This document shows, piece by piece, positions 9,540 through 18,113 of a DNA stretch of 64,000 nucleotides. Location: NCBI GenBank assembly GCA_014584605.1, contig JACTMO010000027.1:11690-75689 (forward strand), given 5' to 3'. The position numbers and the translations under genes are program-made. The notes below the pieces were generated by a model, which worked only from the letters and a program-made list of their open reading frames with translations, made no database searches and had not been told where the DNA came from. This DNA comes from Bacteroidota bacterium. GTDB taxonomy: Bacteria > Bacteroidota > Bacteroidia > Flavobacteriales_F > PHOS-HE28. The number at the start of each line of letters is the position of its first letter. Position 1 is the stretch's first letter.

Positions 9540-10988
9540 ATGGCCCTCAGCCGTTTCTGGACCTTCATCCTGCTGCTCAGCATCGGCTATGCCCTGCTGA
9601 TGCTGGCCATGGGGCGGCAGCACAGCCTGGGCCTCCTGGTGAACGGCAAGCAGGGCGCACCGCTGGTGGTGTACGAGCGCGACACCGCCGAGCTGCCCGG
9701 CAGCCCGCTGCTGAACGACCTGCGGCAGAGCGGCTCCTCGAGCGTGGAGGCCGACGCCCCTGCGGTGATGCACGGCGACACCGTGTTCACCATCACCGCC
9801 AAGGGCACCGTGCAGGGCACCCTGGGCACCGTGCCGGCGGACGGCCTCTTCCCCACCTGCAAGAACACGGTGATGGAACTGTGGCTGCCGTTGATCGGCT
9901 ACCTCACCTTCTTCTGCGGCCTGATGAACCTGCTGGTGGACTCGCGCGCCATGGAGAAGCTGGCCCGCTTCCTCTCGCCGCTCTTCGGCCGCGTGTTCCC
10001 CGACCTGCCGAAGGACCACCCGGCCTACGGCTTCATGACCCTGAACTTCGCCGCCAACTTCCTGGGCCTGGACAACGCCGCCACGCCCTTCGGGCTTAAG
10101 GCCATGGAGAGCATGCAGGAGAGCAACCCCGCGCCGGAGCGGGCCACCAACAGCCAGATCATGTTCCTGTGCCTGCACGCGGCGGGCCTCACGCTGTTGC
10201 CCACCTCCATCATCGGCTACCGGGCGGCCATGGGCGCGGCCAATCCTGCGGACATCATGGTGCCCATGATCGTCACCAGCTTCGTGGGCACGCTGGCCGC
10301 CCTGGTCTTCGTGGCCGTGCGCCAGCGCATCAACCTGCTCAACGGGCCGGTGCTGCTCTTCGTGCTGGGCGTGAGCGGCGTGATCGGAGCCCTGATGGCC
10401 TACATCAGCGGGCTGGCCGGGGCGGCCAAGATCCACTTCACCGACAACCTCGGCAACGGCATGCTGCTGGGCATCATCCTGCTGATCGTGGCTTACGCCT
10501 TCCTGCACGAGCGTCGCTTCAAGGAGAAGGGCACCAACATGTTCGACTCCTTCATCCACGGCAGCAAGGACGGCTGGACCACCGGCCTGCGCGTGCTGCC
10601 GTACATGCTGGCCATGCTCGCCGCCCTGAGCATCTTCCGCAACAGCGGCCTGATGGAGATCGTGATGGGCGGCATCTCCCGCACGCTGGCCTTCGTGGGC
10701 GTGAGCCGCGAAGTGATCGACGCCATCCCCGTGGCCCTGATGCGCCCCTTCAGCTCGGGCGGCTCCCGAGGCTTCATGCTTGATGCCATGAAGACCTACG
10801 GCGCGGACACCTTCACCGGCCAGCTCGTCTCCATCCTGCAAGGTGCCGCCGAGACCACCTTCTACGTGATCGCCCTGTACTTCGGTGCCGTGAATGTGAA
10901 GGACACCCGCTACACCCTCGGCATCATGTTGCTGGTGGACCTGGTATGCGTGCTCACCGCCATCGGCGTGTGCATGGTGTACTTCTAA
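9540..10988 (+). CDS. Nucleoside-recognition (Gate) domain membrane protein, fused SpmA/SpmB-like
   Basis: Polytopic membrane protein with two Gate-like halves (NFAANFLGLDNAATPFGLKAME; PVALMRPFSSGGSRGFM). Start set to MALSRFWTF (ATG at 9540). Confidence 0.75.
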   Translation: MALSRFWTFILLLSIGYALLMLAMGRQHSLGLLVNGKQGAPLVVYERDTAELPGSPLLNDLRQSGSSSVEADAPAVMHGDTVFTITAKGTVQGTLGTVPADGLFPTCKNTVMELWLPLIGYLTFFCGLMNLLVDSRAMEKLARFLSPLFGRVFPDLPKDHPAYGFMTLNFAANFLGLDNAATPFGLKAMESMQESNPAPERATNSQIMFLCLHAAGLTLLPTSIIGYRAAMGAANPADIMVPMIVTSFVGTLAALVFVAVRQRINLLNGPVLLFVLGVSGVIGALMAYISGLAGAAKIHFTDNLGNGMLLGIILLIVAYAFLHERRFKEKGTNMFDSFIHGSKDGWTTGLRVLPYMLAMLAALSIFRNSGLMEIVMGGISRTLAFVGVSREVIDAIPVALMRPFSSGGSRGFMLDAMKTYGADTFTGQLVSILQGAAETTFYVIALYFGAVNVKDTRYTLGIMLLVDLVCVLTAIGVCMVYF

Positions 10989-11006
10989 GCACCGCAACTT
11001 TACACC

Positions 11007-11816
11007 ATGGAGGACCATGCGGCCTCGTTCGAGGTGAACCGTGCGTTGTGGAACGCCCGTACGCGCCACCACGTCGGCTCCAAGTTCTATGACGTGGAAG
11101 GCTTCCTGCGCGGCGCGAACTCGCTGGGTGCACATGAGATGGAGCTGCTCGGCGATGTGCGGGGCAAGCGTTTGCTGCACCTGCAATGCCACTTCGGGCA
11201 GGACACGCTATCGCTGGCGCGCATGGGCGCCGAGGTCACCGGGCTCGACCTTTCGGATGCAGCCATTGCCGAGGCGCGCGAACTCGCGGCACGCGCCGGA
11301 CTGGACGCTGCGTTCATGGTGGCGAACGTGCTCGACCCGCAGCCCGCGTTCGAGGGCCGCTTCGACATCATCTTCACCAGTTACGGCGTGTTGGGCTGGC
11401 TGCCGGACCTGGGTCCCTGGGCGCGGAACATCGCGCGTTGGCTGAAGCCCGGCGGGCGGCTGGTGCTGGTGGAGTTCCACCCGGCGGTATGGATGTTCAA
11501 CAACGAATTCACGGAGGTGACCTACTCCTACTTCAACAAGCAGCGGATCGAGGAGGTGGAACAAGGCACCTACGCCGACACGTCCGCGCCGATCGCCCTG
11601 CCCTCCCATACGTGGAACCATCCCCTTTCGGCCTCCATCACGGCGTTGCTGGAAGCGGGTTTGCGCATCGACGGCTTCCAGGAGCTGGACGGATCGCCGC
11701 ACGACTGCTTCGCCAACACCGTGCGCGGCGCCGATGGCCTGTACCGCATCCGCGGCATGGAAGGCAAGCTGCCCATGGTGTTCAGTGTGGTGGCCTCCCT
11801 GAGGGACCTTCGTTGA
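11007..11816 (+). CDS. Class I SAM-dependent methyltransferase
   Basis: 269 aa. Motif I-like RLLHLQCHFGQDT and a post-I acidic residue (VTGLDLSDAAI) are present. FDIIFTSYGVLGWLPD and GGRLVLVEFHP are typical of the Methyltransf_11/23 fold. Confidence 0.8.
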   Translation: MEDHAASFEVNRALWNARTRHHVGSKFYDVEGFLRGANSLGAHEMELLGDVRGKRLLHLQCHFGQDTLSLARMGAEVTGLDLSDAAIAEARELAARAGLDAAFMVANVLDPQPAFEGRFDIIFTSYGVLGWLPDLGPWARNIARWLKPGGRLVLVEFHPAVWMFNNEFTEVTYSYFNKQRIEEVEQGTYADTSAPIALPSHTWNHPLSASITALLEAGLRIDGFQELDGSPHDCFANTVRGADGLYRIRGMEGKLPMVFSVVASLRDLR

Positions 11817-11856
11817 CGGGCTTCGTGCGGAAGCGTTTTCTTTGCGCCCCCATCCC

Positions 11857-12339
11857 ATGGCCAAGCCCTACGCAGAAGACAAGATCGAGCGGCGCCGGTC
11901 CGCGATCCACGGCAACGGCGTGTTCGCCACGGCACCGATCCGCAAGGGAGAGCTCATCGTGCAGTACAAGGGCAGGCTGGTGACCCATGCCGAGGCCGAC
12001 AAGCAGCACGGCGGCGATGTCGCCAGCGGGCATACCTTCCTGTTCACCCTGAACGACTCCTGGATCATCGATGCCAACGTGCGCGGCAACATCGCCCGGT
12101 GGCTGAACCACAGTTGCGCCCCGAACTGCGAGGCGCTGGTGCATGAGGACGAAGGCGGCGACCCGCGCAAGGACCGGGTGATCATCGAGGCGCTTAGGTC
12201 CATCAAGCCCGGCGAGGAACTGACCTACGACTACGGCATCGTGCTGGACGAGCGGCACACGACCGTCCTGAAACGCATCTGGGGCTGTCGCTGTGGATCG
12301 CCGCGATGCACGGGCACCATGCTCAAGCCCAAGCGCTGA
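11857..12339 (+). CDS. SET-domain protein (putative protein-lysine methyltransferase) with a post-SET Cys motif
   Basis: SET signatures RWLNHSCAPNC and GEELTYDYG, plus a C-terminal CRCGSPRCTG (post-SET CxCx4C). ATG at 11857. Confidence 0.8.
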   Translation: MAKPYAEDKIERRRSAIHGNGVFATAPIRKGELIVQYKGRLVTHAEADKQHGGDVASGHTFLFTLNDSWIIDANVRGNIARWLNHSCAPNCEALVHEDEGGDPRKDRVIIEALRSIKPGEELTYDYGIVLDERHTTVLKRIWGCRCGSPRCTGTMLKPKR

Positions 12340-12350
12340 ACCGGCGTCGG

Positions 12351-12366
12351 TGGCACGCCCCTTGCT
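12351..12366 (+). promoter_or_regulatory. Sigma54 (-24/-12) promoter, perfect consensus TGGCACGCCCCTTGCT, upstream of lolA
   Basis: GG at 12352-12353 and GC at 12364-12365 with the canonical 10-nt separation. It matches TGGCACG-N4-TTGCW exactly. The site lies in the 53-nt SET-lolA spacer, 27 nt before the lolA ATG. Confidence 0.6.
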
Positions 12367-12392
12367 AAGGGCCTGGCGTACCTTCGCACCCC

Positions 12393-13043
12393 ATGAAAGC
12401 GATCCTCCCCCTGCTCGCCGCCGGCCTGCTGACCACCACCCTCGCCCACGGACAGGACGACCCCCGCAGCAAGGCCGTGCTGGACCGGCTGGTGGCCAAG
12501 AACAAGGCCTACACCAGCTTCGAGGCCGACTTCAGCAGCCGCCTGGTGAACAAGGCGGGCAAGCTGGACGTGAAACAGGCGGGCACCGTGAAGGTCAAGG
12601 GCCGCAAGTTCCACCTGGTCATGGACCGGAACACCGTGATCTGCGACGGCACCACACTGTGGACCTACAACAAGGAGGCCAACGAAGTGTCGCTGAACGC
12701 CGCCGCCGAGATGGACCAGGAGCTCGACCCCAGCAAGCTGTTCAGCATGTACGAAACGGGCTTCAAGAGCCAGTTCGTGAGCGAAGCCCCCGATGCGACC
12801 GGCGTGGTGCTGCAGACCTTGAAGCTCTTCCCCACCGAGCCCGGCCGGAAGCCCTACCACACCGTGGTGCTGGTGGTGGACAAGGCCAGGCTGGAGCCGC
12901 GCAGCGTGCAGGTGCTGTACAAGGACGGCAACGAGGTCACGTACACCCTCAAGCGCTTCGCGCCCAACGTGGAGCTGGCCGACGCCCTGTTCGTGTTCGA
13001 CAAGGCCAAGTACCCCGGGGTGGAGGTGAACGACCTGCGTTGA
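12393..13043 (+). CDS. lolA: Outer-membrane lipoprotein carrier protein LolA-like
   Basis: Signal peptide MKAILPLLAAGLLTTTLAHG. LolA-like pattern (FEADFSSRLVNKAGKLDVKQAGTVKVKGRKFHLVMD...DGTTLWTYNKEANEV). Confidence 0.8.
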   Translation: MKAILPLLAAGLLTTTLAHGQDDPRSKAVLDRLVAKNKAYTSFEADFSSRLVNKAGKLDVKQAGTVKVKGRKFHLVMDRNTVICDGTTLWTYNKEANEVSLNAAAEMDQELDPSKLFSMYETGFKSQFVSEAPDATGVVLQTLKLFPTEPGRKPYHTVVLVVDKARLEPRSVQVLYKDGNEVTYTLKRFAPNVELADALFVFDKAKYPGVEVNDLR

Positions 13044-13072
13044 GCGGGGCGGCAGCGCACGGGATGAACGTC

Positions 13073-13080
13073 TAATATTG
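13073..13080 (+). promoter_or_regulatory. Possible -7 box TAATATTG upstream of kup
   Basis: One mismatch to TAnnTTTG. It sits 24 nt upstream of the kup ATG, in an AT-rich patch of an otherwise GC-rich spacer. Confidence 0.3.
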
Positions 13081-13101
13081 CCGGCAGGCACGCCTGCCGG
13101 C
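13080..13101 (+). other. Perfect 10-bp stem hairpin (GCCGGCAGGC-AC-GCCTGCCGGC) immediately before the kup start codon
   Basis: Read directly from the sequence. The 3' arm ends 3 nt before the ATG at 13104. There is no U-tract, so this is not a classical terminator. Confidence 0.5.
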
Positions 13102-13103
13102 GT

Positions 13104-15095
13104 ATGGCAGACCTGCCGGGACCCATGTCCAGAGCCCACTCCCACCCCTTCTCCTGGGCAGGGGTCCTGATCGCGCTGGGCATCATCTTCGGCGACCTGG
13201 GCACCTCGCCGCTGTACGTCTTCAAAGCCATCATCGGCGAGCGGGAGATCGACCCGCAGCTGGTCCTGGGCGGCATCAGTTGTGTTTTCTGGACGCTCAC
13301 CGTCCAGACCACGTTGAAATACATCCTGCTGACCCTGCGGGCCGACAATCGCGGGGAGGGCGGCATCTTCTCGCTGTATGCGCTGGTGCGCCGTTTCGGC
13401 GGCTGGCTCTTCGTGCCGGCCATCCTGGGCGCCGCCACCCTGCTGGTGGACGGCATCATCACCCCGTCGATCACCGTATCCTCGGCGGTGGAAGGGCTGA
13501 GCGGCCTTCCGATGCTCGCTCCCTGGATCCAGCCGGGCAACGACCTTACCGTGTGGCTGGTGATCGCCATCCTCTCGGGGGTCTTCTTCGTGCAACGCTT
13601 CGGCACCAAGGCGGTGGGCTTCGCCTTCGGGCCCATGATGCTCATCTGGTTCAGCATGCTGCTGGTGCTCGGGCTGGGCCACGTCGTGCACCATCCCGAC
13701 GTGCTGCGGGCCCTCAACCCCTGGTACGCCTACGACCTGCTGGCCCACTACCCCCAGGGCTTCTGGCTGCTGGGCGCGGTGTTCCTGTGCACCACGGGCG
13801 CCGAGGCGCTGTACAGCGACCTGGGCCATTGCGGCCGACAGAACATCCAGGTGAGCTGGGCCTTCGTGAAGACCGCCCTGGTGGTGAACTACATGGGGCA
13901 GGGCGCATGGCTCCTGCACCAGGGCTCCACCCACCTGGAGGGCCGCAACCCCTTCTTCGAGCTGATGCCCCCCTGGTTCCTGCTGACGGGCATCCTCATC
14001 GCCACCTTCGCGGCCATCATCGCCAGCCAGGCCCTCATCAGCGGGGCCTACACCCTGATCAACGAGGCCATGACGCTGAACTTCTGGCCCCGGGTTCGCG
14101 TGAAGTTCCCCACCGTGATGCGGGGCCAGATCTACATCCCCAGCGTCAACTGGATGCTGTGGCTGGGCTGCGTGGGCGTGATGCTCTACTTCCGCGAGAG
14201 CGGCCTGATGGAGGCCGCCTACGGCTTCTTCATCTGCGTGGCCATGCTGATGACCACCACCCTCATGTTCGGCTGGTTGCGCTATGTGCGGCGCTGGCAC
14301 CTGGCCCTCGTGCTGCCCGTGATCGGCCTGTTCTTCGCTGTGGAGGGCGCCTACTTCGTGGCCAACGTGGCGAAGATCACCCACCGTGCCTGGTTCCTGC
14401 TCTTCGCCCTGGGCCTGGTGGCCGTGATGTTCATCTGGTACCGCGCCCGCAAGATCACCAACCGCTTCCTGGATTTCGTGCCGCTGGAGCAGTACGCACA
14501 GGCCCTGCGCGACCTGAGCGCCGACCCCGACATCCCCAAGTTCGCCACCCACCTGGTGTACCTCACCAAGGCCGACCACCCCGGCGATATCGAGCAGCAG
14601 ATCATCAACAGCATCCTGGCCCGCAAGGTGAAACGGGCCGAGATCTACTGGTTCGTCCACGTGAACTACACCGACGCACCCTACACCCTGGAATACCGGG
14701 TGCGTGAGCTGATCGACGACAAGGTGATCCGTGTGGACTTCGACCTGGGCTTCCGCATCCAGCCCAGGGTCAACCAGCTGTTCCGCCGCGTGCTCGAGGA
14801 ACTGGACGCCGACCAGGAACTGAAGTTCAGCAGCAAATATGAGTCCATCCGGCGCGGCGACTTCCACACCGACATCTGCTACGTGCTGATGGAGCGCTTC
14901 CTCTCGGTGGAGAACGAGTTCTCCCTGCGCGACGATGCCGTGCTGGACCTGTACTACGCGCTCAAGAAGCTCGCCCTCTCGGACCGCGAGGCCCTGGGGC
15001 TGGACCCCAACGTGACCGTGGTGGAGAAGGTCCCCCTGGTGATCCAGGCCCCTCGCGAACTACCCCTGCTGCGCCAGCGCCGGCGCAGTGCCTGA
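13104..15095 (+). CDS. kup: KUP/HAK/KT potassium uptake transporter
   Basis: 663 aa. It carries the N-terminal signature GIIFGDLGTSPLYVFKA, about 12 TM helices and a cytoplasmic C-terminal domain. Confidence 0.95.
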   Translation: MADLPGPMSRAHSHPFSWAGVLIALGIIFGDLGTSPLYVFKAIIGEREIDPQLVLGGISCVFWTLTVQTTLKYILLTLRADNRGEGGIFSLYALVRRFGGWLFVPAILGAATLLVDGIITPSITVSSAVEGLSGLPMLAPWIQPGNDLTVWLVIAILSGVFFVQRFGTKAVGFAFGPMMLIWFSMLLVLGLGHVVHHPDVLRALNPWYAYDLLAHYPQGFWLLGAVFLCTTGAEALYSDLGHCGRQNIQVSWAFVKTALVVNYMGQGAWLLHQGSTHLEGRNPFFELMPPWFLLTGILIATFAAIIASQALISGAYTLINEAMTLNFWPRVRVKFPTVMRGQIYIPSVNWMLWLGCVGVMLYFRESGLMEAAYGFFICVAMLMTTTLMFGWLRYVRRWHLALVLPVIGLFFAVEGAYFVANVAKITHRAWFLLFALGLVAVMFIWYRARKITNRFLDFVPLEQYAQALRDLSADPDIPKFATHLVYLTKADHPGDIEQQIINSILARKVKRAEIYWFVHVNYTDAPYTLEYRVRELIDDKVIRVDFDLGFRIQPRVNQLFRRVLEELDADQELKFSSKYESIRRGDFHTDICYVLMERFLSVENEFSLRDDAVLDLYYALKKLALSDREALGLDPNVTVVEKVPLVIQAPRELPLLRQRRRSA

Positions 15096-15162
15096 ACCGC
15101 CGCCCCCGCACCGCCGGGCCCACCGCCGTCGCATGTGCCGCACGGCGCCGCACCTTTGCCGC

Positions 15163-15579
15163 ATGGAGGCTGAAAAGACCACGACCATCAGCGCCCGGCT
15201 GGACGAGGCGCCGTACCTCACCCGCATGACCATGCGCGGCCACACCGTGGTGGCCGACGAGCCCCTGGATGAAGGGGGCCTGGACACGGGCCCCACGCCG
15301 CACGAGATGTTGTGCGGGGCCCTCGCGGGCTGCACCCTGATCACCATGCGGATGTACGCCGACCGCAAGGGATGGCCCGTCCGCACCCTGAGCGTGGACG
15401 TGCGCATGGACCGCAGCACCACGCTGGGCGCGGTGGAGACCCGCATGCACCTGGACATCGGCCTGGAGGGCGACCTGGACGACTCGCAGCGCGAAAGGCT
15501 GCTGCAGATCGCGACCCGCTGCCCCGTGCACCGCACCCTGATGAGCCCCGTACGGATCAGCATCGCCCAGAAGGCATGA
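15163..15579 (+). CDS. OsmC/Ohr-family peroxiredoxin-like protein
   Basis: Start trimmed to MEAEKTT (ATG at 15163). OsmC pattern GPTPHEMLCGALAGC and the second Cys motif ATRCPVHRTL are present. Confidence 0.8.
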   Translation: MEAEKTTTISARLDEAPYLTRMTMRGHTVVADEPLDEGGLDTGPTPHEMLCGALAGCTLITMRMYADRKGWPVRTLSVDVRMDRSTTLGAVETRMHLDIGLEGDLDDSQRERLLQIATRCPVHRTLMSPVRISIAQKA

Positions 15580-15630
15580 GCAACACGGCCGCCCAGGACT
15601 CCGGGCCGAACGCCCGACCGGCTTGAACCC

Positions 15631-16398
15631 ATGGACATCCGGCACTACCTGGACCGCATCGGCTCCCGCGGGGTGGACCGCCCCGACCTGGAGGGGCTGG
15701 TGCGCCTGCACAGGGCCCACTTGATGGCCGTACCCTTCGAGAACCTTCACATCCGGGCCCGTATCCCCATCGAGCTCGATGTGGAACGCCTGTTCGACAA
15801 GGTGGTGCGCCAGCGCCGTGGCGGTTTCTGCTACGAGCTGAACGGGCTCTTCGCCGAACTGCTCGAACGGCTCGGCTACCGGCTTGCGCGCGTACAGGGC
15901 CAGGTGTACGAGCAGCGTCGGCAACGCTACGGACCGCCCTTCGACCATATGGCCCTGCTGGTGGAGGTGGACCAGGACCGCTACCTGGTGGACGTGGGCT
16001 TTGGCGACCTGTTCATGAGCCCCCTGCCGTTGCGGGTGGACGAACCCTTCGAGGACGGCGGACGGGTGTACCGCCTCTGCCACGACGGCTCCGGGCAGCT
16101 GCTGCTGAAGCGTGCGAACGGCCGGGGCGACGTCCCGGTGTACCGCTTCAGCACGGACGACCACCCCTTCGCGGATTTCGCCCCGATGTGCCGCCACCAC
16201 CAGACCTCCCCGCACAGCCACTTCACCCAGCGCACCGTGGTGAGCATGGCCACGGCGAACGGGCGGGTGACGCTCACCGAGCGGCGCACCATCCTCACGC
16301 GCAATGGCTCGCGCGAGGAGCGCAGCCACGACGAGACCGGTTTCCGCGAGGCCCTGTGGACCCACTTCGGCATGACGCTGCCGGAGGCGTTCCACTGA
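15631..16398 (+). CDS. Arylamine N-acetyltransferase
   Basis: The NAT catalytic triad context is present: RGGFCYELN (Cys), PFDHMALLV (His), VDVGFGD (Asp). N-terminus is YLDRIG. Confidence 0.85.
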   Translation: MDIRHYLDRIGSRGVDRPDLEGLVRLHRAHLMAVPFENLHIRARIPIELDVERLFDKVVRQRRGGFCYELNGLFAELLERLGYRLARVQGQVYEQRRQRYGPPFDHMALLVEVDQDRYLVDVGFGDLFMSPLPLRVDEPFEDGGRVYRLCHDGSGQLLLKRANGRGDVPVYRFSTDDHPFADFAPMCRHHQTSPHSHFTQRTVVSMATANGRVTLTERRTILTRNGSREERSHDETGFREALWTHFGMTLPEAFH

Positions 16399-16595
16399 CC
16401 GGACGGAACGTGGTGTTCCGGGTGCCGGGCCCATGGATGCCCATGCCGGGCGCCGATCCGGCCGTTCGCAGACCGTGATGTCGGCTTCCGCGCCCCACCC
16501 ACGGGTGCGGTACCGGCCGCGCCATCGTCGGTGCTTCCACGGTCGCGACATGCACACATCCGTCCAGGTACCGGAACGGTCCGCCCCGGGTCGGC

Positions 16596-16603
16596 TACTT
16601 TTG
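16596..16603 (+). promoter_or_regulatory. Bacteroidota-type -7 box TACTTTTG upstream of the DedA gene
   Basis: Exact TAnnTTTG, 20 nt upstream of the ATG at 16623. Confidence 0.45.
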
Positions 16604-16622
16604 CCCGCCTTATCCGTACCCC

Positions 16623-17279
16623 ATGGAGATCGTCCAGGAGTTCTGGTACTTCATCACGCACCTCAACGAGACGCTGCCGGTCTTCATCCAAGACCATGGC
16701 GCCTGGATCTACGCACTGCTGTTCGCGATCATCTTCGTGGAGACCGGTCTGGTGGTGATGCCCTTCCTGCCCGGCGACTCGCTCCTGTTCGTGGCGGGCA
16801 CCCTGGCCGCCGGCGGCATGCTGGACCTGGGCCTGCTGCTGGCGCTGCTGTTCGTGGCAGCGGTGCTGGGCGACAACATCAACTACGCCGTGGGCCGTTG
16901 GTCCGGTGCGCATGTGGTGGGCTGGAAACTGTTCGGCCGGGCCCTGGTGCGCCCCAAGGACCTCGACAAGACGCACGCCTACTTCGAGAAGTACGGAGTG
17001 AAGACGATCATCATCGCACGCTTCATCCCGATCGTGCGCACCATCACGCCCTTCGTGGCCGGTGTTGGCGCGATGGCCTACCGGCGCAAGTTCCTGCCGT
17101 ACGACGTGCTGGGCGGAGCGCTGTGGATCGGTCTGCTCACGATGCTGGGCTTCCTCTTCGGCAACCTGCCCTTCGTACAGAAGCACTACGAGACCGTGAT
17201 CCTGGCCATCATCGGAATCAGCGTGTTGCCGATGGTGCTTGAACTTGTCCGCCAGCGGCTCAATGATCGGGCCCGTTGA
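16623..17279 (+). CDS. DedA-family membrane protein
   Basis: DedA signature FVETGLVVMPFLPGDSLLFVAG and ARFIPIVRTITPFVAG. Confidence 0.9.
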   Translation: MEIVQEFWYFITHLNETLPVFIQDHGAWIYALLFAIIFVETGLVVMPFLPGDSLLFVAGTLAAGGMLDLGLLLALLFVAAVLGDNINYAVGRWSGAHVVGWKLFGRALVRPKDLDKTHAYFEKYGVKTIIIARFIPIVRTITPFVAGVGAMAYRRKFLPYDVLGGALWIGLLTMLGFLFGNLPFVQKHYETVILAIIGISVLPMVLELVRQRLNDRAR

Positions 17280-18043
17280 ACGTTGACCCTTCCGTGGCAC
17301 AGTACGGGTTGATCGGCCGCTCGCTCGGCCACTCACGCTCCCCGGGGATCTTCGCGTCCATCTTCGCCCGCGAAGGCCTGGCGGGCACGCCATATGGGCT
17401 GTTCGAACTGGAACGGGTGGAGGACCTGCCCGCCCTGATCGACCGGCATCCGGACCTGCGGGGCCTCAACGTGACCATCCCGTACAAACAAGCCGTGATG
17501 CCCCTGCTGCACGGGCTGAGCCCCGAAGCCGCCACCGTGGGTGCGGTGAACTGCATCCGGATCCAGGACGGTCGATGGACGGGGCACAACACGGACATCG
17601 ACGGCTTCCGGGCCCTGATCGCCCCGCACCTGCACGCCCTGTCCACCCACGAGGGGGCCCTGCATCCGCGTGCCCTGGTGCTGGGCAGCGGCGGCGCCAG
17701 CCGTGCCGTGGCCTGGGTGCTGCGCGAGGCGGGCCTGCGGTTCCGCGTGGTGAGCCGCAACCACGAACGCGGCGACCTTACCTGGGACCAGGTGGACCGC
17801 ACCGTGCTGGGCGTGTGCCGGTTGCTCATCAACACCACACCACTGGGCATGTGGCCCAAGGTGGATGAGGCCCCCCCGCTTCCTTACGAGCTGCTCACCG
17901 CACGACACCACCTTGTCGACCTGATCTATGCGCCCGAGGAGACCTTGTTCCTTCGGCATGGACGGGAGGCGGGCGCCACCGTGGCGAACGGCCTGGCGAT
18001 GCTGCGCGAACAGGCTGAGGCGGCCTGGCGGTGGTGGCGGTGA
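17276..18043 (+). CDS. aroE: Shikimate dehydrogenase
   Basis: YGLIGRSLGHSRSP, NVTIPYK, GHNTD and GSGGASRAV (NADP loop). The TTG start overlaps the dedA stop by 4 nt. Confidence 0.85.
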   Translation: MNVDPSVAQYGLIGRSLGHSRSPGIFASIFAREGLAGTPYGLFELERVEDLPALIDRHPDLRGLNVTIPYKQAVMPLLHGLSPEAATVGAVNCIRIQDGRWTGHNTDIDGFRALIAPHLHALSTHEGALHPRALVLGSGGASRAVAWVLREAGLRFRVVSRNHERGDLTWDQVDRTVLGVCRLLINTTPLGMWPKVDEAPPLPYELLTARHHLVDLIYAPEETLFLRHGREAGATVANGLAMLREQAEAAWRWWR

Positions 18044-18113
18044 CCCCGGCCGGCTGATGGCGGTCATACCGGAGCGTGCCCGTTCTTCGCGTCCTTCGCA
18101 CATCCTCCCGCCG

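Noticed and set aside
8496-11192. Over-extended or chimeric ORFs in the track that fuse a real C-terminal gene to upstream junk. Examples are 8496..11192, 6887..8461, 28434..30338, 29184..30386, 30784..31938, 33987..35687, 39639..40943, 44430..47084, 48694..50574, 49653..51278 and 51565..54345.
   Set aside because: The upstream portions run antisense through neighbouring genes or through intergenic DNA and lack family features. The real starts were placed at internal ATGs that give proper signal peptides or family N-termini and often form ATGA overlaps with the preceding gene.
15088-15162. Upstream start for the OsmC-family gene that overlaps the end of kup (track ORF 15088..15579), and the TTG start at 3798 for ftsK.
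   Set aside because: The extra residues are Pro/Arg/His-rich junk (MPEPPPPHRRAHRRR...). In the ftsK case the TTG lies inside the TACTTTTG promoter box. Downstream ATGs give sensible N-termini.
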